DNA of 64,000 nt from the human T2T-CHM13v2.0 reference genome, Homo sapiens (GCF_009914755.1 NC_060947.1), one strand, 5' to 3'. Counted from the first letter of the stretch, positions 25,777 through 39,512 are shown. Notes: generated from the sequence alone by a model not told the origin. Translations and numbers: made by a program.

Positions 25777-26859
25777 TGTTCTGGGAAGTCAGGGACCCCA
25801 AACGGAGGGACCAGCTGAAGCCACGGCAGAAGAACATAAATTGTGAAGATTTCTTGGACATTTATTAGTTCCTCAAATTAATACTTTTATAATTTCTTAT
25901 GCCTGTCTTTACTGCAATCTCTGAACATAAATTGTGGAGATTTCATGAACATCTATCACTTTCCCAATCAATACTCTTATAATTTCCTATGACTGTCTTT
26001 ACTTTAATCTCTTAGTCCCATCATCTTTGTAAGCTGAGGATGTATGTTGCCTCAAGACCCTGTGATGATTGCATTATCTGCACAGATTGTTTGTAAAGCT
26101 TGTGGGTTTGAACAGTATGAAATCTGGGCACCTTGAAAAGAACAGGATAACAGCAATTTTCAGGGAACAAGGGAGATAACCATAAAGTCTGACTGCCTGC
26201 GAGACTGGGCAGAACAGAGTCATATTTCTCTTCCTGCAAAAGCGAATAGGAGAAATATCACTGAATTCTTTTTCTCAGCAAGGAACAGCCCTGGGAAAAG
26301 AATGCATTCCCAGGGGGAGGCCTCTAAAATGGCCGCTCTGGGAGTGTCTGTCTTATGCAGTTGACGACAAGGGATAAAATACACCCTGCTTTCCTGCAGC
26401 ACCCCCAGGCTTGCTAGGATTAGGAAATTCCAGCCTGGTGAATTCTAGTCAGACCAGTTCTCTGTTCTTGAACACTGTTTCCTGTTGAGATGTTGATCAA
26501 TGACAATGCATGCACAGCGGGACATGGAACCTCATTAGTAATTCTAATTTCACCCTGGCCTTGTGATCTTGCTCTGCCCCCATTTGCCTTGTGATATTTT
26601 ATTGCCTTTGAAGCATGTGATCTCTGTGACCCACACCTTATTTGTACACTCCCTCCCCTTTGAAAGTCGCTAATAAGAACTTGCTGGTTTTGCGGCTCGG
26701 GGGCATCACAGAACCTGCTGACATGTGATGTCACCCCAGAGACCCAGCTATAAAATTTCTTTCTTTTGTACTCTTTCTCTTTATTTCTCAGACCGGCCGA
26801 CACTTAGGGAAAATGGAAAAGAACCTATGTTGAAATATTGGGGACTGGTTCCCCCGATA
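25777..26859 (+). mobile_element. MER11 solo LTR (HERV-K11/HML-8)
   Basis: tgttctgggaagtcagggacccc...ggttcccccgata; perfect 6-bp TSD ttgctg. Confidence 0.96.
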
Positions 26860-28323
26860 TTGCTGGAGGTGTTGGTGGGGCCCACTGGGAAGCTAAACCC
26901 ACACACTCACGAGGCTGTTGCATTGCACCTCAATGAGATAGCTGCTTGCTAATAAGGAATATTAAGCATGATTCAGAATTACATAATATAACAACAGCTA
27001 GGATACAAAAAAGAAATTTATCATATCAACAGCTAGGAATATCACAACATAAATGAGAAGTGGTAATCAACAGATGCCAATATTGAAGTGAATCAAATGT
27101 TGGAATTATATTACAAGGATTTTAAAGCAGACTATATAAAAATGTTTCAAAAGCAATTATAAATCCTTTTGAAACAAATGAAAACATGAAAGATCTTACT
27201 AAAGGAACAAAGTTATAAAAAATAACCGAATGTAAATTATAGAACTGAAGAATAAAATCTCACTGGATGGGTTAAATAGCAGAGTGAAAATAATAGAGAA
27301 TAGAATTAAATAACTTGAGGACAGACTGTTAGAATTTACTAACTCTATAAAACAGAAAAAGCCTGTAAAAGAATGAACAGAGCCTCAGGGACCTGTAGGA
27401 CATATATATGTATATATGCATATACCCGCCCCCCCCCACACATCCTCATTCATATAAGTTTTTTAATTCATATTTTATAGTTGAAGGAGAAACATAATCC
27501 ATATGATATGGTGCTCAATGTATGTAAATATCTGACTATTTATTATATTTAAAAAGTGGAGAAGAGAAGATATAAGGGCACAAATAAAAGTCTACATTCA
27601 ACTCAAAGTGGTAAAACATGAATACCAGTACACTATGATAATATGTATATTAACACATACACACATAACTATAACAACCACTATAAATAGAAAATGAAAT
27701 AGAATCCTAAAAGTGTTAAGTAGCACACAGGAAGGAAGAAAAGAGAAACACAGGAAGCCAATGAAAAACACATAATAAAATGGTAGATGAAAGCCTTGAA
27801 ATATCAATAATTATTTAAATGTAATGCTCTGAATGCACCAATTAGGATTTTTGAAGGGGGAATAAAACCAAACACAAAAAACCCTACAAACAATCTAAAC
27901 CATCATGTAAAATAATATGTTGTCTACAAGTAACTCTTTCAAATACCATAGCATAAGTAAGTTGAAAGCAAAATGATGGAAAATATGTATTATGTACATA
28001 TTAATTTTTTTTAAAAAAAATTACAGGGTAGCTAATATGATAAAGCCAAATTGAGCACAAAAAAAAACTAAAAAGAGGAAATATACATAATTATAAAAAT
28101 ATCAATCCACCAGAAAGACATCATTGTCCCAGATGTGTACACACCAAACAACAGAGCCTCACATTATGTAAAGAAAAAACCAATAATGCTGAAAGGAGAA
28201 ATACATAACTTCATAATTATACATATAGGAACTTCAAGCCTCCACTCTTAGCAATTGACAGCAGTACTAGCAAATCAGCAAGGATCTAGAATAACAACAT
28301 AGTTAATCAATAGGATCCAATTG

Positions 28324-28326
<3 letters not shown>

Positions 28327-28357
<31 letters not shown>
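28327..28357. repeat. (CA)~15 microsatellite
   Basis: Perfect AC run. Confidence 0.97.
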
Positions 28358-28359
<2 letters not shown>

Positions 28360-28424
28360 CATCATTCCACCCAACGACAGGAGGACGCACATTGTTTTCA
28401 AGTGCCCATAGAACATTCACTAAG

Positions 28425-28929
28425 TGTGACAGTCTAATGGCCCTTTCCCTAAGATATCCATGTTCAAATCCCCAGAACATATGAATATGTAAGGTTACAT
28501 GGTAAAGGGGAATTAAGGTTGCAGATGGAATTAAAGCTGCTAATTAGCTGACCTTAAATTGGTAAGATTACCTTGAATTATGAATTGGACTCAATTTAAT
28601 CACAGGGATCCTTAAAAGTAGAGAAGAGAGGCAGAGAGATAGTAGTCTGACAAGGAATTCTTCTGATGTTGCTGACTTTGATGATTAAGGAAGAAAGGCC
28701 ACAAGCCAGTGAATGTGGGCAGAATACAGAAGGTGGAAAGGGCAAGGAAAGGGATTCTCCTCCTAGAGCCTCCAAAAAGGAAAACAGAACTGCCAACCCC
28801 TTGATTTTAGTGAGCTCTATGAGGGAAGTTATGCATTTCTGAAGTACATAACTCTAATACATTTGTGTTGTTGTTTTAAGCCACTAAACTTGTAGTAATT
28901 TGTTACAGCAGACGTAGAAATCTCATGCT
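28425..28929 (+). mobile_element. MLT1D-type MaLR LTR
   Basis: aatccccagaacatatgaatatg...gggattctcctcctagagcctcc...ttttaagccactaaacttgtagtaatttgttacagcag; degenerate TSD ctaag/ccaaa. Confidence 0.85.
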
Positions 28930-29092
28930 CCAAAACAGACAATCTCCTTGGCCATTAAACAAACGTCAACAAATGTAAAGTTCCCAGAGTTATACAGAGT
29001 GTATTCTCTAGCCACAGTGGACTCAAGCTAGAAATAAATAACAGAAAGATGAAAGAAAAATCTTTAAACACTTGAAAAATCAATAACATTTC

Positions 29093-29230
29093 TTATTGGG
29101 TACAATGTTCACTCTACAACTTGAAGAGTAACAGTTATACCAAAAGCTCAGACAACACCACTACACAATATATGTATGTAAGAAATCTGTACTTGTACCC
29201 CTTAAGTATATGAAAAAAACTAAAGATTAT
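29093..29230 (+). mobile_element. Short L1PB/L1MA 3'-end insertion
   Basis: tattgggtacaatgttcact...aaaagctcagacaacaccactacacaatatat...cttgtacccct; flanked by aataac(ac)atttct. Confidence 0.75.
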
Positions 29231-30234
29231 AAATAAATAACACATTTCTAAATAATCTCTGAGACAAAGAGGAGTTCTCAAGAAAAAAACAAAATAATAT
29301 ATAATGTTCAATAATAATGGTAATACAGCACATCAAATTGTTTTGCAGGCAGCTAAAACAGAGAAAATTTATAACACTGAATTCTTACATTAGAAAGAAG
29401 GAAACACTCAAATCAGTAATCCAATTCTCTAATGTAAAAAAAAAACCAGGAAAATAAAAATAAAATAAAATAAAGCCTATGAAAGTAGAAGAAAGTAAAT
29501 AAGAACAAAAATATGTAAAATTGAAAACAAAAAAGCAATAAAGTCAGTGAAACAAAAGCTGATTTTTAAAAAATATCAACAAAATTGACAAACTAAGGAA
29601 AACACTGACAATAGTAACAGAAGATACAAAATACCAATATCAACAACGGAAAAAAGCAATATCACTACAGACCATGCAGCTCAAAAAGATAAAAGCAGAA
29701 TATCACAAACAACTCTACACAGAGAAGTTGTCAACTAAGAATAGGTGAATTCCTTGCAAACCACAAACTACTGAAATGCAAATAAAATGCAACAGTAACT
29801 CTGAATAATCTTATAATCACTAAAGAAATTAAATTTGCAATTATAATACTTCTATAAAGGATGTTTCCAGGCCCAGATGGTTTACAAAATAATTTTATCA
29901 AATATTGAAGGAAAAATTAACTCAATATGTATACAATATTTTTCAGAAAATTGATGAGGAAGATACATTTATGAGACTAGTGTTATCCTGATACCTAAGC
30001 CAAACAAAGACAGCATGAAAAAAGAAAGAAAACTGTAGGCCAACATGTCTAACATAGATGCAAAATTTCTCAACAAAGTTTTAGAACATAAAATCTGGCA
30101 ATATAAATATCATATATTAATAAAAAGAATAATCACTATGATCAAATTGGTTTTGTTCCAAGTATTTGACACTGATTCAACATTTGAAAAATTAATGTAA
30201 TCCACCATATCAACAAGGTTAGGGAGAAAAAAAC

Positions 30235-30985
30235 TGCAGATCAAAACAACAATGAGATACCATCTCACACCACTTAGAATGGCGATTATTAAAAAGTCAG
30301 GAAACAACAGATGCTGGTGAGGCTGTGGAGAAATAGGAATGCTTTTACACTGTTGGTGGGAGTGTAAATTAGTTTAACCATTGTGGAAGACAGTGTGGCG
30401 ACTCCTCAAGGATCTAGAACCAGAAATACAATTTGACCCAGCAATCCCATTATTGGATATATACCCAAAGGATTATAAATCATTCTACCATAAAGACACA
30501 TGCACACATATGTTTATTGTAGCACTATTTACAATAGCAAAGACTTGGCACCAACCCAAATGCCCATCAATGTTAGACTGGATAAAGAAAATGTGGCACA
30601 TATACACCATGGAATACTATGCAGCCATAAAAAAGGATGCGTTCATGTTCTTTGCAGGGACATGGATGAAGCTGGAAACCATCATCTTCAGTAAACTAAC
30701 ACAGAAACAGAAAACCAAACACTGCATGTCCGCACTCATAAGTGGGAGCTGAACAGTGAGAACATATGGACACAGAAGGGGGAATATCACACACCAGGGC
30801 CTGTTGGAGGGTGGGGACAAGGGGAGGGAGAGCATTAGGACAAATACCTAATGCATCTGGGGCTTAAAACCTAGATAACGGATTGATAGGTACAGCGAAC
30901 CACCATGGCACAAGGTTATCTTTGTAACAAACCTGCACATTCTGCACATGTATCCCAGAACTTAAAGTACATTTAAAAAAAAAAA
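30235..30985 (+). mobile_element. 5'-truncated L1PA (about L1PA7-8)
   Basis: ORF 30381-30752 is the ORF2p C-terminus (FDPAIPLL...WIKKMWHIYTMEYYAAIKK); 3' end tatcccagaacttaaagta + poly-A; TSD-like g(a)gaaaaaac. Confidence 0.95.
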
Positions 30986-31104
30986 GGAAAAAACATAAGA
31001 TTGTATCAACGAATGCAGTAAAAAAAAAAAAAAATGACAAAATCCAATGCCTATCGTGATAACCTCAGCCAACTAGGAATAGATAACTTTCTTCACTTCT
31101 CACA

Positions 31105-31432
31105 CATAGCCCCCTATATCACAGAACCATCAATCATGCACCAAAGCCTTCTCACATTTGGAATCTCTTTGATTTCTCCTTCTGCTGTATCTTTTCTACT
31201 TCTTCTTTTGATACATCTCTCTGACTTTCTTTGGCTTTCCTTTTCCTCTTATATCATATGACTGCATTCACCCCACCTGGATCTAGGATAGTCTCCCTAT
31301 TTTAAGGTTACCTGATTAGCAAACTTAATGATATCTGCAAAGTCCCTTTGTAGCAGTACCTGGATTAATGGTAGATTGAATAACCAGGTGATAGAAATCT
31401 TGGGAACATTTATTTAGATTTCTGCCTACAAC
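31105..31432 (-). mobile_element. MLT1E-type LTR fragment
   Basis: cccacctggatctaggatagtctccctattttaagg...atctgcaaagtcccttt...tttagatttctgcctacaaca. Confidence 0.7.
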
Positions 31433-31527
31433 AGGTGGCATACTCAGATAAACCTCCAGAGGGACATGAATAGGAGGTCTTAATGGTTGAATGCTACTTC
31501 AGTCAAATTCCTTCTTTCTTTCTACTC

Positions 31528-31790
31528 TTCATTTACTAAATACTTATTGAATGAATATTATGTACTCAGACTGTGATAGATAAAAGGGATAAAGAAGTGA
31601 ATAAGAAAGAGTACCTGGCCTCGTGGATATGGTAAACTTGTGATGAATACCAAGAGTTAAAAATTTGTTTGGTGATTATCACCAAAATGTAAATAGATAG
31701 AATTCAGGGAGACGAATGTTTTGGGAAGAGTAATTATAGGGTGCTGTGGGAGCTAAATAGAGAGTCATCTGAAACAGACTAATGAAGAAC
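31528..31790 (-). mobile_element. L2 3' end
   Basis: ttcatttactaaatacttattgaatg...tatgtactcagactgtgata...gtgaataaga. Confidence 0.6.
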
Positions 31791-32789
31791 AAAATTTGCA
31801 ATCTACATTTCTCCAAAGGTTAGAGAACTGATCATCGCCACAATGATTTCAGATCTAAGGATATATCTGAGAAATGATGGCCAGATGTAGAAATCTGTGG
31901 GCTGGGTATGTTACGACTGGATGATGATCACAGCGGTCTCCAAATACTTAAAGAGTAGAGATCCCTATAGGAGAGGCTTTGGTGGGAGGATGGAAAGCAC
32001 CCCGTAGTATTCCATGTTTCTCGTCTCAGTAACCATCCTTATTGTGATTTTTATTTGAAATATAAGATAAATGTTTGTGTTTCATAAGATATAACTTCTA
32101 CATTACATGGAGAAAGTACATAGCAAGAATTGATGAAAATAGCTTCCTCCTCTTTTAACTTCCTTCCCTGTCTTCCTCCTTACTTCCTTGTCTTCTCCCT
32201 TCCTTTCTTCTTTTAAATGTTGAAGGAAAAGGGGAAGGCAAGTGTTAGGTAGCACTTTATTTAAACAAGGAAATCATTTTTCTGTGACATCTGGGCACAT
32301 ATGTGAGTGCCCATTATCTGCAGAAACCTCTATAGTTCCTAGTTGTATAGAGTTAACACTTTTGGGATTCTATGTTTCCTCCAAAAATAGCATTTTATTC
32401 AATGATGACTTTTCTATTTATTTTTAACTGCCTTTAGAAGAAATGGTGAGGGGGGAGGTGGGGGCAGTGAGGAATCACACTACCGTGGTGCCAAATTAAA
32501 AGCTCCTGAAGGGAATAGTGCGAGTGATTATTATGACACTGACCATTCTGTGTTAAAATAAGTTTAATGAAGAAAATGGATTATGAAAATAAGATCCAGG
32601 TTAGCACCAAATATCCTGGTGTCAAATCAGTAAAGTATTTTACTTAGTACATATATAATCTGGCTTGCAACACTCAAAAGGTGCTAGAGAAATTGTTTTA
32701 GGTAAAATGTCTGCCATGATTATTTCCAAAATGACTTAAGGCTAACTCACACATAAATAGTGGAAAATGTGCAAAGTTAGAGCAGAGAC

Positions 32790-33035
32790 CAACTAAGTTC
32801 AAGAGCTGCCTCTTACAGGAAGCCTTCCCTGACTCTATTCCGTTTCTGCTTTTAAGGCTGAGTTAGGTGTTTCTTTTTCTCTTCCGATAAGTCCCCATGC
32901 TTCTATCTGTCATGGTATGTGTTTCCTGATACATTGTTGATGATGGACTTCAACTTGAGAAGGTATTACCCATTTTGTGTCAGATCAATATACCTTGTCC
33001 AATGCTTGGCATAGACTATAAACTTAGTAAATAGC
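32790..33035 (+). mobile_element. L2 3' end
   Basis: cctcttacaggaagccttccctgac...aatgcttggcatag...cttagtaaata. Confidence 0.55.
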
Positions 33036-33114
33036 CACTAACAGTTGTAAGTGGGCACAGACATAGCTCTTAAGTTTCTTGACAGTGAAGGAAAAAAAAA
33101 AAGGTCATAGTGAG

Positions 33115-33471
33115 TATCTTAGTTAATTCAGGCTTCTATAATGGAATGCCATAGACTTGGTGTCATATAAACAACAGAAATTTCTCACAGTTCTGGAGGC
33201 TGGGAAGTCCAAGATCCAGGTGCCAGCAGATTTAGTGTCTGGTGAGGACCCACTTCCCGGTTCATAGACAGTCATCTTCTTCTTGTAACCTCACATTGCA
33301 GAAGGGGCAAAAGAACTTTCTGGAATCTCTTTTATAAGGGCACTAATCCCCTTCATGAATTCTCCACCCTCATGAGCCAGTCACCTCCCAAAGGCCCCAC
33401 CTCCAAATCATATTGAGGGTTACGTTTCAATATGTAACTTTTGGGGAGACACAAACATTTAGTCTATGGCA
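33115..33471 (-). mobile_element. MLT1A0-type MaLR LTR
   Basis: tctcacagttctggaggctgggaagtccaagatccaggtgccagcag...cacaaacatttagtctatggca. Confidence 0.88.
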
Positions 33472-33754
33472 CAAGTTACATAATTTGAGGACCCTTTTCT
33501 ATCTTTATTTGAACTCTTTGAGCAAGACAAACAAGGAATCACTCTGTCCTTTTTCTATGAGCTTCTTTAACAGCATAGTATCTTGGTTTTCTCCCATTCT
33601 TACTGGTTACTTTTTTCAGTTTACTTGTTATTATTTCTGCATCTTCGTTGAAATGTCTGTCAACCCTATCTTGGGTCACATTCTTCTCTCCCTCTCTATG
33701 CTTTTTCTATAAGTAATCTCATTTATTTCTGTGACTTCACATTTTCCTGCCCTC

Positions 33755-36265
33755 TGTCATAATATAATTTGAAACGATCTGGACCACCTGGACATCACAT
33801 TGATTCCCTGCATTGGTAACATCATGTAGGTTGGACAGGACAGGCAAGAAGTGACAAATAGACTGAAGGCTTTGTTAAGACACATGTACTTCAGAGGGTG
33901 GGAAATTAACCTTAATAAGTTTCAGGGACCTTCAATTTCTGTGAAATTTTGAGGTTTCCAGTAGTCAGGAATGTTCTGGGATATTTGCTCCAAAGTAAAA
34001 GGCACATTGCTGCATCCATTGTGAATCTCACATTACAAAGAAAGAAACGCAGCACTAGGTAGCCATCTTTGGATTCTAGAGGCCTAGAATTCCACACCTG
34101 AGCAATTTCTCCTCTTCTTATATTTGATAATATGGAAATCTACCAGCTTTGAGTGGGGCCAAGAAGGAAAAGGCAGTGAAGCAGGTGCAGACCACATTGC
34201 AATCATTCTTGTCATTTGAGCCATATAATTCGTTAAACCCTGTTGTATTGGAAATATTAGTTTTGGGAAAGGATGCAGTTTGGAGTGTATGTTTTAGTGG
34301 GATATTCACAATATAACCCCTTGGTATTCTGGAACAAAGCTATGCTATTCATAGCAAAGAATTACATGTGTTTTAAGAAACAGCCCTTGGAGTGCTGCTG
34401 GACCCTGGCAGAGGCATAACACTTCGCCATGTGTCACCAAGTGAACATGTATTCAGAACTGCTCTAGGGCTGAGTTCTATTGAACCCAACAAATTATACA
34501 GTCAGACATGTCTAGCAACAGGCCATTAGGAAATGGACTAAATTAAACCCAAGCAGGATTAGAGAGCACAAATAAGCTGCATGAGCTGGAAGACTAGAAT
34601 GCTTGCTACCCAAAAGAGTTGTACCAGTGTCCCTTCCCTGGTTTGCACCCATAGACATATAAGGGCTTCTGTACTACTGACTGAACGAAGAAAAACTCTG
34701 AGCTTAATTTACAGATGGGTCAGCATGCTACATGAATGAAATGGAAAAATTGACAGTGGCCACATTGTAACCACATTCAGGAGTGGCCCTGTAATTTAAT
34801 GAAGATAAAAATCTTCTTGATGGTAAGAGCTTCAGTTCGAGCACCCTGGTTATCTACTTTGTGTAGAGGGAGAAGGGGCCTGAGGTGAGAATATATAGAT
34901 TAATGGGCAGTGGTCAATGGCCTGGTCTTCTAATCTGGGGCCTAGAAAGACAAGCACTAGAAAACTGAAGACAATGAGGTCTATGGAATAGGCATGTGGA
35001 CAGACATATGGGAGAGAATAAAAGTGTGAAAATATTTTAATGTTCACCAGAAAGCATTTACTACAGATAGGTACTGCAATCTAAGTTGATGAAATGACTT
35101 GATCAGTTGACCTTCCCAGCCTTTCTCATTAGCGACCCCAGAAGTATCATAATGGGCACGTGAATGGAATGGCCATGGAAGCGGAGATGCAGACTGTATG
35201 TGTGTTCAACAGCATAAACTTCCACAAGCCTAACTATTGTTGTCTCTGAATGTCCAACTTATCAGCAACATAGACCAAATCAGCCCCCCTATGACACCAT
35301 TATTCAAGGAGACCAAATGACCTTGAGGTGGCAAGGTTGACCACATTGGGCCCCTCTATTTTGGAAAGGCCAGAAGTTGATTCTCACAAAGATAGATACT
35401 TATCTAGCCATGAGTTTGCCTTTCCTGCTTATAGAGCCTCAGCCAGCACTTAACATCTGTGAGCTTATAAAATTCCTGATCCATAGACTGGGTATCTCAC
35501 ACAGCACAGCATCTGACCAGACTGCCCACTTCACAGAAAATGAGGTCCAGGAGTGGGCTCATGGCCATAGGTTCCACTGACCATATCACATAACACACCA
35601 TCCAGAAACAGCTGACCTCAGAGAACACTGGAACTACTTTCTAAAAATGCTACTGAAGTGCCAGGTCAGGAGAAACAGTCTGAATGAATGGGATGTCATC
35701 CTTTTAAATGCAGTGTATTTTAGTGGATTTATTCAATCAGCAGCCTCTATATGATACTGTGTCTCCCTTATGAAAGCATATGTGTCTGGAAACAAAGTTT
35801 GGCAACAGGCTTGGCCCCACACCACCATTACCAATGATCCAATGGGAAATTGTGTGCTTCATATCCTCATAACTTTAAGCTCTAGAGTTTGGAGGGTCTT
35901 GTTCACAAAGGGGACACATTCTTGCCAGGAGAAACAAGTAACAACAATTTATGGCTGCCATCAGGGCACTTTGTACTCCTGTGTCCAAGGAGAAGCAGAT
36001 GAGAAGAGGGGTCACCACATGGGAATGTATAACTGATTCTGACCATTAGGATGAGGCAGGGCTGCTTTTCTCCATTGGAGCCAAAAGGGGTTATATGTGA
36101 AACCCAAGTGAGCCACTTGGATACTTCCTTGTACTCTCTTGCCCCGTTGTAACTATGAATGGAAAAGTGCAGAGAACCCAGACCAAGAAGCTCTCAGAGC
36201 ACTCAGGAATGAAGGTTTGGGTCACACCAGGTAAACCACCAAAACCTGCTGAGGAAATAGCTGAG
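33755..36265 (+). mobile_element. ERVL-class internal pol remnant (RT-RNase H-integrase), no adjacent LTRs
   Basis: Decayed motifs RGWEIN (33893), SFEWG (34145), FTDGSA (34708); ORF 35377 ILTKIDTY...IHRLGISHSTASDQTAHFTENEVQEWAH matches the ERVL integrase core; 3' ggaatgaaggtttgggtcac. Confidence 0.88.
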
Positions 36266-36269
36266 GTCA

Positions 36270-37098
36270 TGTTGTCCATCCCTTCCCTCATCCCCCAACC
36301 TGGCTCCAACATCTTTAGCCATTAAAAAGTTCTACTGGATCTCACTTCAAAATATATCTTACATCCATCTACTGTCTCTCATCTCCACTCCTACACCTTC
36401 ATCTAAGCCATGATGATATCACACTTGCGTTACTTCAAGTCTCCTAAACAATTTCTTATCTCTCTCTTCGGCTGCGATCCACACCCCCAACAGTAGACAA
36501 AGTGATTAAAATTATATGTGTCAAATTTTTCACCAATTTAAAACATTTCTGTGACTTCCCACTAATTTTAATGTAAAACTTCAATTTCTAACATGGACTA
36601 CAAAGCTCTGTGTGATCTCGTCATTTCCTGTTTCCATCCACATCTTGTACTATCTCCTCCATAGTTCACTAACCATTCAGGTCTTACTGACTTTCTTGAC
36701 AGTGTGAGGCTATGCAAACTTTCTTGCCTCAGGGTCTTTGCACCAGCTGTTATTGTGCCTGGAACTTTTTCTTTTAGAATCTTTGTATAGCAGGCTTTCA
36801 TTTACCATTTAGGTCTCAGTAAAAAAAGTCATCTATTTACTAATGCCTTTCCTGGTTATGCAGTGTAAAGTACTAAAGGAGGTTTCTTCTTTCCCCGCAA
36901 CTCATGGTTATTTTTTTCTCAATAACCTGATTTTTATTATCTGTGTATTTTGTGAGTTTTTAAAATTATCTGTCACCTCAAATAGACTTTAAGATTGATG
37001 ACTTCAAGAATTGCTTGGCTTGTTTGTCATTAAATGCTCAGTGCCAAACAGCACAAAGTATAAAGTAGATGCTCAAAAAATATGTTTATTGAATGAAT
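36270..37098 (+). mobile_element. L2 3' portion (continues the L2 fragment at about 33540-33745)
   Basis: tctctcatctccactcc...acaaagctctgtgtgatct...cctcagggtctttgcacc...gtagatgctcaaaaaatatgtttattgaatgaat. Confidence 0.8.
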
Positions 37099-37268
37099 TT
37101 GGTCACTGCCTAATAGAAGACACTTTTTACAAACAATTTTTCCTAAAAAAAGTGATATTTTGTCCTATAAATGTAATTTTGATAAAGATAAGTGGAGACT
37201 ATCTTAGATAGTAGTTCAATTATGGCTTTATAAGGGAGATGCTATTTTATCTGCCATAGAGGCAGTAA

Positions 37269-37582
<314 letters not shown>

Positions 37583-37779
37583 ACAAGGACATTTTTATGG
37601 GTAAAGTTACAGGAGGGTATATGGAGAGAATAAAGACAGAGATATCATAATCCCAGAATGCATTTATTTATAAGAATCCAATTATGTATCATTTACATTT
37701 TTACTCTGAAAATTTAATAAGCTCATTGTTGAATCTTTGGAATGTATATTTATATAATTTAGATATAATAACTTTTCCA

Positions 37780-38470
37780 CCTTAATTTACTATTTTCCAA
37801 TCTTTCTTTTAGAATAAATCAGATGTATAATTCTGTATTTTGCTTTATTCCCATTTATATCATATAATCATTTCCCCATATTTTCTCAAATAAAATTTAA
37901 AGATCTGTCTTTTAAGTGATCATATGAATGTGCCATGTTTATTTTAACCTATTTCTTTATACTCAAATGTTTAAATTCTTCTCAGTTTTTTAATACAATT
38001 TTGAACTTTTATATTTTCACCATAATTTTGAATTTATGAACTAGTGCTGGGAGAAGCATCTTCGCTAATTAATGTATATACATAATTCCAATTATTTCCT
38101 TATTATGTAGTCTCCAAAGTGTAATTTCAATGTCCTAATGCTTGAGAATATTTGAAGGCTGCTAAAGATCGATATTTATTTCCATAAATTCATAAATTTT
38201 GTACTAATTTACAGTCTCACCAGCAAGATTTGGTACACTTTTCATAATACCTATCCATCATTAAGCATCATTATGGTTTTGCAGACTTCATAATTTAATA
38301 GATGACATAGGGCATGTCATTACTATTTAGTTTTATGTTTATTTGATTACAATTTCAAATGTTTATTTTATACTTTAAAACTATTTTGTCATGCTTATGG
38401 CAATGACTTTTGTTTACTTCCTACTTTTTATGTCAGAATCTCAGGTTTTTCTTATTCTTATTTAGTTTTA
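37780..38470 (-). mobile_element. Old L1ME-type 3' fragment
   Basis: tgaatgtgccatgtttattttaacct...gtactaatttacagtctcaccagcaa. Confidence 0.55.
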
Positions 38471-39275
38471 ATTTTAAAATAAATACTTACTAAGTTTGCA
38501 ACCAACTAGAATATAAAACAAAAATCCTCTTTCCCCATATATATCTTTCTTTAACATTTTTCTTGATGTTACTATTTTATTTTATATGACACGTTTTGAG
38601 AATTAACCAATAATGAATTGACAGGCCAGGGTTCTTATTGTAGACACGCCATATCTTTTTGTGTGACCTTGAAAATAGAGAACAGATTTTATTCTAACAC
38701 AGAGACAGCATGTGTCCACCCATTCATCCATTTGTTCATTTATTCATTCATAACTCTATTATTTTCATGAGTACCTCATGGGAAGACCTTGAAAATTTTC
38801 CATCTCTATCTCTCTCCCAAAGCTGCTGGATGCCTGAAATTGAACCATTAGTGAATCATTTTAGAGATGATTGCTCTGGAAAAAGGGGCTATCAAAATGT
38901 TCAACTGTAAAGAGTCAAGCAACAGGCAAATATCTACCTCCCTCTATCTTTTCCATCCTGTTCTTTCACTCCTTTTCCGCAAACGAGAAAGGCCTTGGGG
39001 AATTTTTGTCCCGGGACTCCTCATTCTTTCTTCCCATCTCAAAGCCTTTTGATTTATATTGGGAGGACCATGGTGAGGTTTCATGTTTATTTTGGGGTTG
39101 GGGACAGTTGTTTTTCTCACCAGTTATAGGTAAGAAACACAGAGTACAATTTCTTCCATTCTTAGCCATCTCTTGATGAATTAGGGTAGAAGGGGGTCCT
39201 ACTACCTTTCTCTTGAATGAGAGCAGTTTCTTCTTCTCAGTTACATGTGTTTCTGGGGCCTGGATGAGTTTTTAC

Positions 39276-39512
39276 CAGGGCTGGGACTAGGGTGACAGAA
39301 TCTCAAAGGGTCCAGGTTAGGGTGAGGCAAGTGAGTGAATTGTGAAAGTGCTGGATTTATTTAAATTTTTTGTCCATCATGATTTTTTTTATTGATTTAA
39401 AATTTTTAAAATATTGCATTAAAAAGATTCTCCTTGATTACTGAGTTGTTTTGATGGTCCCTACATTTTGTGCCCAAGTTGAGTGCCTCAGCTGCGTCAT
39501 CCTAATCCTAGT
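39276..39512 (+). mobile_element. MER96B-type hAT element
   Basis: cagggctgggactagggtga...tagggtgaggcaagtgag...gagtgcctcagctgcgtcatccta. Confidence 0.7.

Larger units (their letters stand above)
24505..31100 (+). mobile_element. Ancient L1M relic (5' UTR, ORF1, N-terminal ORF2) interrupted by MER11, MLT1D, an L1PB fragment and L1PA
   Basis: caagatggagtaac 5' end; ORF1-like gaatgaacagagcctcagggacct; ORF2 motifs ccaggcccagatggttt and aacatagatgcaaaatttctcaacaaa; sequence resumes after each insertion. Confidence 0.8.

Noticed and set aside
30381-30752. Open L1 ORF2 C-terminal frame as an active L1
   Set aside because: The element is only ~750 bp and 5'-truncated, with no promoter, ORF1, EN or RT.
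32420-32700. Unique stretch with a G-run as a conserved enhancer or G-quadruplex
   Set aside because: It lacks four clean G3 tracts, and conservation cannot be judged from a single sequence.
35377-35580. ERVL integrase ORF as a domesticated gene
   Set aside because: Only 67 aa, internally frameshifted relative to the ERVL motif order, and surrounded by stops.
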